From: an uncultured virus (IMG/VR IMGVR_UViG_3300046003_004339)
Taxonomy: Duplodnaviria > Heunggongvirae > Uroviricota > Caudoviricetes
IMG/VR virus record: IMGVR_UViG_3300046003_004339
Direction: 5' to 3' (one strand)
DNA: 20,000 bases
The position numbers and the translations under genes were made by a program. Shown here piece by piece: positions 13,951 to 20,000 of the stretch; the stretch's first letter is position 1; each line of letters begins with the position of its first letter. The notes beneath the pieces are model-generated. The model ran no database searches and was not told where the DNA came from. It was given only the letters and a program-made list of their open reading frames with translations.

Positions 13951-14259
13951 TCAAGCTACACTAACAACAACATCGTCGTGAGTCAAGCCATAATCACCTT
14001 TCCAACCTTCTTCACTCAATCCAAACACAATATGTTCTTCTGAACCATCTGTGCGATATACAACCATATTTGGATGATCTGGCGAAGTTTCTTTGGTAAA
14101 TTTCATGAGTTTGGCTATTTCTTCTCTGGATAGAAAAGCATCAAACAGTTTTGTCATGTCTTCCAATGTTGTTTTGCGTGTAATAACAACTCCACGGCCT
14201 TTGCCGCCAAGTTGCTTTACATGTGTTACAACAAAGATGAATAAGTTATCATAGTTCAT
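13951..14259 (-). CDS. hypothetical protein (102 aa)
   Basis: ATG start, 4-5 nt gaps to neighbours. Confidence 0.8.
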   Translation of the reverse strand: MNYDNLFIFVVTHVKQLGGKGRGVVITRKTTLEDMTKLFDAFLSREEIAKLMKFTKETSPDHPNMVVYRTDGSEEHIVFGLSEEGWKGDYGLTHDDVVVSVA

Positions 14260-14264
14260 AAATA

Positions 14265-14690
14265 TTATTTATTTGGTTCCCATTTTGGTAGTTGAAGATA
14301 AGATGTATCTTTTATATATCCAATCGGCCACCATTCTTCGCCGTTTTTATATTCTACCATAAGTGCATCTGCCATAAGTGTATTACCAGTTGATACAGAA
14401 TAGCGAAAAAATCCATCGTGGCAAGAAAATCCTTTCACAAAATCATGTGCAAGAAGTTGTTCGGTGGTTTCAAAATAAAAACCCCCATCGCCGGAATCAT
14501 CATGTGGATGGTGTGACCTAAATCTATTCCTTGGAACTGTTCCAACATTTGGAACATAATAAATGCACATTGACGAATGTCCGTCACAATGACAGAAGTT
14601 ACATGTAAAATTAAACTCAAGTTGAACATTCTTCTTGGCTTCTTTAGACCACAAATATTCCATGTAAATGCGTGTCGTGTCGTCGCTCAT
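14265..14690 (-). CDS. hypothetical protein (141 aa, Cys/His cluster)
   Basis: ATGA overlap; CNFCHCDGHSSMC. Confidence 0.8.
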   Translation of the reverse strand: MSDDTTRIYMEYLWSKEAKKNVQLEFNFTCNFCHCDGHSSMCIYYVPNVGTVPRNRFRSHHPHDDSGDGGFYFETTEQLLAHDFVKGFSCHDGFFRYSVSTGNTLMADALMVEYKNGEEWWPIGYIKDTSYLQLPKWEPNK

Positions 14691-14968
14691 ACTCGGTTAA
14701 TTTTTATCGTGAAGTTGTCGTCTTCTCCGTTTATGTAACATTTATATGTGTTCTCCGATTTCTGGTATATCTTTCCCCAAAATAGAACCTCACAGTCGCC
14801 GTCGATTAAAAACTCGTCTCCGTCTTCTACTATTGCACCGCTTCCGTGGCTCACTAAGAACTTCACACCAATTAGGTCAGGTTTGGCGTTCCATGCCCAC
14901 CAATATTGTTTTTCTTTTCTTCTTTCCATGAAAGAAATCATTTGGCATCTGGTGCAATCATGTTTCAT
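14687..14968 (-). CDS. hypothetical protein (93 aa)
   Basis: ATGA overlaps at both ends. Confidence 0.75.
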   Translation of the reverse strand: MKHDCTRCQMISFMERRKEKQYWWAWNAKPDLIGVKFLVSHGSGAIVEDGDEFLIDGDCEVLFWGKIYQKSENTYKCYINGEDDNFTIKINRV

Positions 14969-16170
14969 ACTTTTATAAGCGATTTGCTAATATCTTTTAC
15001 AGTCTTTGTTTTCAATTTGAATATACCCAGTTCCATTTCAGCATTGTCTTCCACACCTTCTGATATAATATCTGTTAGTTTCATCAAAATAGCGGAGTTT
15101 TCATTGCCATTGAGCATAAAATCCTTTTGGCTAAAATACAACAGTATGTCATTATTGATTTGTTCTATATAGCCATGATTATATATGCGAGCCTTCAAAT
15201 CAATTTTTGTGGTTGGTTGTTCTTTTGATATATATCTTTCAGCACAAGCCATGTTGTCAACAAAGATGTTGGATGCCCAAGTTTCAACAAAATGAAGAAA
15301 ATCTTCACTGGTTACATCAGTCAGTACAAATCCAATGTTATACACAGGATGTGTGATTGGCATTCTATATTCATCGTGACTCATCCACTTATGCCACTTT
15401 CTGAGGTAGTTTCTACTCGCTCTATTGTTATAGAATTGAAACATGTTGTCGTCTTTGAACACACCATTCTTGGCCCATCCTCGATGGCCCTTCGATATAA
15501 AATGAAAACATAGACTATCTCTGCTTTGTATTAGATTATATCCAGCAAGTTTCCAACGAAGGAATATGTCAAAATCTTCATGGGGGTATGGGGCCAGCTT
15601 TATCCAGTGTCCACCAACCGCAAGAAAATCTTCTTTGCTTATCATCCAAGGTGCGAACATACCATTGGTTTTTTTATCTTTGCTATCAATCTGCTCTTGA
15701 GATGCAAATGCTGTAAATTCTTCTTTCTTGAACTCATGAAACTCTATGCCAAATGGCTTGAGTATCTTTTCTTTGCCCGCTGGATAAATACCTTCTGGTT
15801 CAATGCGTGTGGCACATACAACAGTCTTTTCCTTGTAGTGCTTGAGCATATTCTCCAGATAGTTCTTGGCACAAATCATGTCACTGTGGAAAATAGTGAC
15901 GAGTGGATTTCTTGCCATCTTGATCCCTAAATCATATGTTATACAATGCCCAAGAATGTTTCCTGTTGTGTTATTCCATATACGCAGATTATCATCCAAC
16001 TTGATTTGTGCTTCAAGATAATCGGCAGTTCCATCTGTGCTACCATCGTCAAGTATAATAATCTCATTGCTTGGATAGAACTCTCGCAGGCTTCTATATG
16101 CCATCATTGTATAATTTAGAGTATTATACGATGGCAGTACAAATGTTACATCTTTAGTTGAGTATTTCAT
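14965..16170 (-). CDS. GT2-family (GT-A fold) glycosyltransferase with C-terminal extension
   Basis: VTFVLPSYN, EIIILDDGSTDGT, IFHSDM, HEDFDIFLR...GY, CFHF. Start set to MKYSTKD (16170, ATGA overlap). Confidence 0.9.
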   Translation of the reverse strand: MKYSTKDVTFVLPSYNTLNYTMMAYRSLREFYPSNEIIILDDGSTDGTADYLEAQIKLDDNLRIWNNTTGNILGHCITYDLGIKMARNPLVTIFHSDMICAKNYLENMLKHYKEKTVVCATRIEPEGIYPAGKEKILKPFGIEFHEFKKEEFTAFASQEQIDSKDKKTNGMFAPWMISKEDFLAVGGHWIKLAPYPHEDFDIFLRWKLAGYNLIQSRDSLCFHFISKGHRGWAKNGVFKDDNMFQFYNNRASRNYLRKWHKWMSHDEYRMPITHPVYNIGFVLTDVTSEDFLHFVETWASNIFVDNMACAERYISKEQPTTKIDLKARIYNHGYIEQINNDILLYFSQKDFMLNGNENSAILMKLTDIISEGVEDNAEMELGIFKLKTKTVKDISKSLIKV

Positions 16171-16370
16171 CCTATTATTCCTTTCGCACATCCCATGTCA
16201 TATTCGGCTTTTGTTATTTCAGCAAATGATGTAATACACCATGTTTCTGGTTGTTGAACCGTATTTTCATACAACTCAACAACGCTGTTTCCTTCAAACA
16301 AGTCGGTACCACAGTTCCAAGTTGATGAACCTTTGGTTTTCCATATAAAACTATAAACGTAGTATTTCAT
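16167..16370 (-). CDS. hypothetical protein (67 aa)
   Basis: ATGA overlaps at both ends. Confidence 0.75.
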   Translation of the reverse strand: MKYYVYSFIWKTKGSSTWNCGTDLFEGNSVVELYENTVQQPETWCITSFAEITKAEYDMGCAKGIIG

Positions 16371-16555
16371 ATCTTAGTTATATCCTTTTTACCCACAATG
16401 TCAAGCAATTCACGCTCTTTGTCTGTCATTTCATGATATGCTGCATCAAGTTGTTCGCGTAAATCATCTGCTTCGGATGTATGACTCTTTTCATCATCCA
16501 GCATACGTTCCAGTTTGTAGTATAATTTGAAATATTTTTGGGCTGCTGGCGTCAT
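16367..16555 (-). CDS. hypothetical protein (62 aa), begins MTPAAQKY
   Basis: ATGA overlaps at both ends. Confidence 0.75.
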   Translation of the reverse strand: MTPAAQKYFKLYYKLERMLDDEKSHTSEADDLREQLDAAYHEMTDKERELLDIVGKKDITKI

Positions 16556-16848
16556 ACTTTTTCATTTACTATAGTCGCTTCAAATTCATTGACATGGCAC
16601 CATTCACCGTCCCATCGCTCCTCGCCAACAGCCCATCCATTGCCATTTTCGTTTGGATTATCCTCACACACCCGAACTCCTCTAACACATATACCCGTCT
16701 CCTTTGTTGCCGTTTGCCATTGTTCCAATGTGACGCGATACAAATCATTTGTCGGATTGCAATCATAATCATATACTTCGGTTCCTTCTTTGAACCAAGT
16801 ATCATGTTTAGCTATCAGTTTTACATACTTTTGGGCTGCTGGTGTCAT
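16552..16848 (-). CDS. hypothetical protein (98 aa), begins MTPAAQKY
   Basis: ATGA overlaps at both ends. Confidence 0.8.
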   Translation of the reverse strand: MTPAAQKYVKLIAKHDTWFKEGTEVYDYDCNPTNDLYRVTLEQWQTATKETGICVRGVRVCEDNPNENGNGWAVGEERWDGEWCHVNEFEATIVNEKV

Positions 16849-17279
16849 GGTTTCAATAATTCAGGATAATGATGTATATTACCGATTATCGTTTTAGTTT
16901 CTTTACTATCATCTTCCCAGTTGTTTCCTAGCCAACCATTGTTAAAAGACTCACTACCTATTTTTTGATAATACCAACCACGATGGTATTCTTGTTCGTT
17001 GTCTCTGTATCTTCCAAACACAACCACACTTTTTACATCTGGATATTTGTGTTGAACAATATCTCCATCGTAAATCTCTTTGTTATTTTTGTCCTTTAGA
17101 CCAGTAGAAAATTCTATAACAACATCTTCTTCTTTCAATAACAATACATTATGTTTTGCTGGCCCGCCAGCATCATCCAAATCAATCTTATAGCTGAATA
17201 CATGACCGGATTCTCCAACTACAATAGAGTTTATCCAATTATTATATGGTTTATACCAAGTTCTAAAGTTTGTTTTCAT
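16845..17279 (-). CDS. YopX-family protein
   Basis: NFRTW...FSTGLKDKNNKEIYDGDIV...IIGNIHHYPELL; start set to ATG 17279. Confidence 0.88.
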   Translation of the reverse strand: MKTNFRTWYKPYNNWINSIVVGESGHVFSYKIDLDDAGGPAKHNVLLLKEEDVVIEFSTGLKDKNNKEIYDGDIVQHKYPDVKSVVVFGRYRDNEQEYHRGWYYQKIGSESFNNGWLGNNWEDDSKETKTIIGNIHHYPELLKP

Positions 17280-17283
17280 AAAA

Positions 17284-17598
17284 TTAAGCAGTTGCAATCC
17301 ATAGCCCCCGACGATTTTTATCTTCGGCGATTAAACTTTCTTTCAACGCTTTTAAGCACATCTCTAATTTTTCGTTCGCGTTTTTAACAGCATCTTCTTT
17401 TCTTAGTACTGGATGACTATATTCTTCGGCACATATAAGGTCTTCCATTGATGCTTTGACATAAGAAAGTATTGTAGCAGAACTTGGTGTAAAATCGTGA
17501 TGATACCTCTTCCTAATCTTTTCTACATTTCCTTCTTTACATAACGCTGCATTTTCCGAACTGAGTTGTTCGGAGTATTTGTTTACTATAGGATTCAT
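17284..17598 (-). CDS. hypothetical protein (104 aa)
   Basis: ATGA overlap with upstream YopX gene. Confidence 0.75.
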   Translation of the reverse strand: MNPIVNKYSEQLSSENAALCKEGNVEKIRKRYHHDFTPSSATILSYVKASMEDLICAEEYSHPVLRKEDAVKNANEKLEMCLKALKESLIAEDKNRRGLWIATA

Positions 17599-18050
17599 AG
17601 TTCGTATTTTACAAGTTTAGGATTTTGGTGAATGTTTCCAACGACTTCGGCGTATTCTATAAAATATGAAGATATTGGCTCATATTCATCACCATAATAT
17701 TCTTTTTGTCCACTGAGTCCCGTCCACACTTCTCTGGGCATTTTGAGATAAAATCCACCATTTTTCCAAGTAACAACTAAACTTTTATAACTGTAGTCTC
17801 CCGAGCTGTCTCTTTCATGCCCTGCGGAATATTCTACATCCAAAATATCACCCTCCCACATTTCTGTTCCATTGCAATCCTTTAGACCAGTGTATTGAGT
17901 AATGACATATTTATTTCTCCAATCACCTCCATTGCCATCATTATACAGTGGGCGTAATATGCCATCATCACTGAATACTTCTACGATAGCAGGATTGTCC
18001 CACTCTTTATCAACATTGTTCCATATTCTAAATTTTAGTTCTCTGTTCAT
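17595..18050 (-). CDS. YopX-family protein
   Basis: MNRELKFRIW...QYTGLKDCNGTEMWEGDIL...EVVGNIHQNPKL. Confidence 0.92.
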   Translation of the reverse strand: MNRELKFRIWNNVDKEWDNPAIVEVFSDDGILRPLYNDGNGGDWRNKYVITQYTGLKDCNGTEMWEGDILDVEYSAGHERDSSGDYSYKSLVVTWKNGGFYLKMPREVWTGLSGQKEYYGDEYEPISSYFIEYAEVVGNIHQNPKLVKYEL

Positions 18051-18961
18051 ACATCCTTTATGACATCACTATAGTCCCCTGTCAAGTATTTATCTCTGTT
18101 CTTGTTGTATATTTCACGCATTTTATCAGTCACTTTGATAAAACCATATTCATCATACGACGGTGGTTCTCCGCCCCATATCTTCAACCACTTTTGATAG
18201 TTGCGAGCCTCACCTTGTTTTTGTCGGTCAGATGTTCCAGTAAGTTTATCATGTTGTCCAAGAAAATGACTGCTGCGTGCTCCAAAGTGCCAAACCAATG
18301 CTTTGCCTGTCACAACAAAATCATATCCTTCCAACTGCATTCTTACACTTTGATCATGATCTTCGAAACTCGTGGGCCTATAAGCATCCGAGTTATTTAG
18401 AAAATACTTTGTTCGCATCATATAAGATACACCTTCTACTTTTCTAAAATCAGGAGCATTGGATATAGAAACAAAGTCATCTGCCCAATCCAAAAACTCT
18501 TGTTTCAAGAAGTCGTGATGATATACACCAAATCCACCATTTACAGGTGCAAACATAGTACCAAGTCTGTCTGTGTTGTTGAATATATTGGGTTCAAGTC
18601 TCCAAGAACAAGCAACCATCGGCTTTTCTGTGGATGATACAATATCAAACAATGGAGCATCATAATGACGACTGATATACATGTCACTATGAACAAGACA
18701 CATATATTCTGTTTTTACACGCTTGACTGCTTCATTTACTCCACCACCAATGCCCTTTGGTATAGCATTTTCTTCGTAGATATATTGTATATCTGGCTGT
18801 TGTGCTAACCAATCCCTCGTTTCTGTGTCATTTTCTGTATAAACAAGAATTGGCTGCTCTTTATAAAAAGCATTTTCGCGTATAGACTCAATCACTAATT
18901 TGAGATACGGAAGTGAGCGGAAAGTATTACAGACCCAACTAAATTTTGTTTCGTTATTCAT
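18047..18961 (-). CDS. GT2-family (GT-A fold) glycosyltransferase
   Basis: GGGVNEAVKRVKTEYMCLVHSDM, FEDHDQSVRMQLEGY, VWHFGARS; similar to 14965..16170. Confidence 0.85.
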   Translation of the reverse strand: MNNETKFSWVCNTFRSLPYLKLVIESIRENAFYKEQPILVYTENDTETRDWLAQQPDIQYIYEENAIPKGIGGGVNEAVKRVKTEYMCLVHSDMYISRHYDAPLFDIVSSTEKPMVACSWRLEPNIFNNTDRLGTMFAPVNGGFGVYHHDFLKQEFLDWADDFVSISNAPDFRKVEGVSYMMRTKYFLNNSDAYRPTSFEDHDQSVRMQLEGYDFVVTGKALVWHFGARSSHFLGQHDKLTGTSDRQKQGEARNYQKWLKIWGGEPPSYDEYGFIKVTDKMREIYNKNRDKYLTGDYSDVIKDV

Positions 18962-19227
18962 GATAATTCTTTCCGCAATTGGTTTATCAATTCTGATGCA
19001 GAATGAGGTTGTATAAATGTATACATGGAACCAGCAACGTCATGCACCGACCAGTCGAATGTGAAACTTTTTCTTATTTTATACCATTGTTTGAAGTGTA
19101 TGAGCACGACAGTTTTGGGAAGGTGGGTATACCACGGGGTGTATGTTCTTTCTTCCCAATATGAAACTTGGTCTATGTATGTTTTTGGTAATAGCATGTT
19201 ATGGTTTATAACTTTGTTGTGAGGCAA
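18958..19227 (-). CDS. hypothetical protein (up to 89 aa)
   Basis: ATGA overlap with GT2 start; 5' end uncertain. Confidence 0.65.
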   Translation of the reverse strand: MPHNKVINHNMLLPKTYIDQVSYWEERTYTPWYTHLPKTVVLIHFKQWYKIRKSFTFDWSVHDVAGSMYTFIQPHSASELINQLRKELS

Positions 19228-19522
19228 TCATAGCATCAGCAACATTCTTTGGAGCATTCAAAATGCCGTTCAAAAGTAAGTCTCTTTCAGCTCGCAACGA
19301 GGCGTTCTCTTTTTTCAGTTCAGCATTCTCTGTTTCAATTTTATGACGATATTCATTGCTCTCATGTGAGAGTTTTGTAAGGAACTCTCTCAATGCAGAT
19401 TCAGTAATAGCCATCTGCTTCAACTCATCATGAAGAAGAGTTATCTCAGTCCAAGGATCTTGTATATATCTATCATCATCTTTCCACCATTTATACATCA
19501 GTTTTTGTACGCTCATAATCAC
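19199..19522 (-). CDS. hypothetical coiled-coil protein (105-107 aa)
   Basis: GTG 19522 or ATG 19516 start; contains AELKKENASLR. Confidence 0.75.
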   Translation of the reverse strand: MIMSVQKLMYKWWKDDDRYIQDPWTEITLLHDELKQMAITESALREFLTKLSHESNEYRHKIETENAELKKENASLRAERDLLLNGILNAPKNVADAMIASQQSYKP

Positions 19523-19830
19523 ATTTCCTTTTTTAGTTCTGCATGTATGGCTTCACGCGATGCTTCGATAACATAAATCTCCGGTTCACCTGTTGTATGA
19601 TCTACAGTAATAAATGAACTACAGTTATTTAGCAGCCAATCTAACATTCGTACATCTTTTCGTAAAGCAGCGTTCTCTTTTTCCAGTTCAGCATACTTGC
19701 GAAGTAGATTCACAGCATCATCTATAGCAGCACCAATCTCTTTTGGATCTTGCATTTCAATAGTTTCATCACCTCTTCGCCACGAGTTGTGTTTGGTCAA
19801 TAATATAATTGTATCAGTTATTTTGCTCAT
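19519..19830 (-). CDS. hypothetical protein (about 103 aa)
   Basis: Start set to MSKITD (19830); contains HNSWRRG and AELEKENAALR. Confidence 0.75.
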   Translation of the reverse strand: MSKITDTIILLTKHNSWRRGDETIEMQDPKEIGAAIDDAVNLLRKYAELEKENAALRKDVRMLDWLLNNCSSFITVDHTTGEPEIYVIEASREAIHAELKKEM

Positions 19831-19866
19831 GATTTCCACTCTGTATTATATTTCTTTTTTTCATAA

Positions 19867-20000
19867 TCACGCTTCAATTGAATTTGTGCTACCCTGCCAC
19901 ATCGACCATATACCATTTTCATGTTTTTTATAACCGCGTTGATGCCGTAGGGTATAATCCGTTATAGGGCTACCGTCGCCGGTATCCCACATATCACATC
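19867..20000 (-). CDS. 3' end of a hypothetical protein entering from beyond the window
   Basis: Open frame ...CDMWDTGDGSPITDYTLRHQRGYKKHENGIWSMWQGSTNSIEA* ending TGA at 19869-19867. Confidence 0.6.
   Translation of the reverse strand, partial: CDMWDTGDGSPITDYTLRHQRGYKKHENGIWSMWQGSTNSIEA

Noticed and set aside
19814..19864. 16-codon ORF MKKRNIIQSGNHEQNN
   Set aside because: Too short, overlaps the next gene out of frame, no support.
94..19933. Many plus-strand and alternate-frame ORFs in the track (e.g. 94..396, 1127..1639, 1385..1795, 6069..6524, 10404..10796)
   Set aside because: Shadow ORFs overlapping better-supported genes, with no recognisable motifs.

Overview
AT-rich, densely packed segment of what is most likely a large tailed (jumbo, T4-like) phage genome. 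Almost all genes lie on the minus strand, many joined by ATGA stop/start overlaps, with no obvious Shine-Dalgarno motifs. Recognisable genes: SF2 helicase, GMP reductase (guaC), dUTPase, a free-standing HNH homing endonuclease, a degenerate HTH-HNH protein, two GT2 glycosyltransferases, two YopX-family proteins, a zincin metallopeptidase, a FecR-like secreted protein, a Pro/Thr-rich LamG-domain protein and a coiled-coil lipoprotein with C-terminal TM helices. Two promoter classes are visible: sigma70-like TTGACA promoters and a recurring TATATTTAT motif (putative phage late promoter). Most interesting: (i) an operon encoding an Acb1-like 2H phosphoesterase/GNAT/DUF5661-like polyprotein whose GNAT module is flanked by a direct repeat (NMSEYN), followed by a DUF5661-type protein; (ii) a 97-aa non-capsid protein with a T4 Gol-peptide-like segment; (iii) two unrelated proteins ending in the same SPTTGS[I/L] tail; (iv) a hairpin sequestering the homing endonuclease start codon. 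All family calls are by eye from motifs, not database searches.
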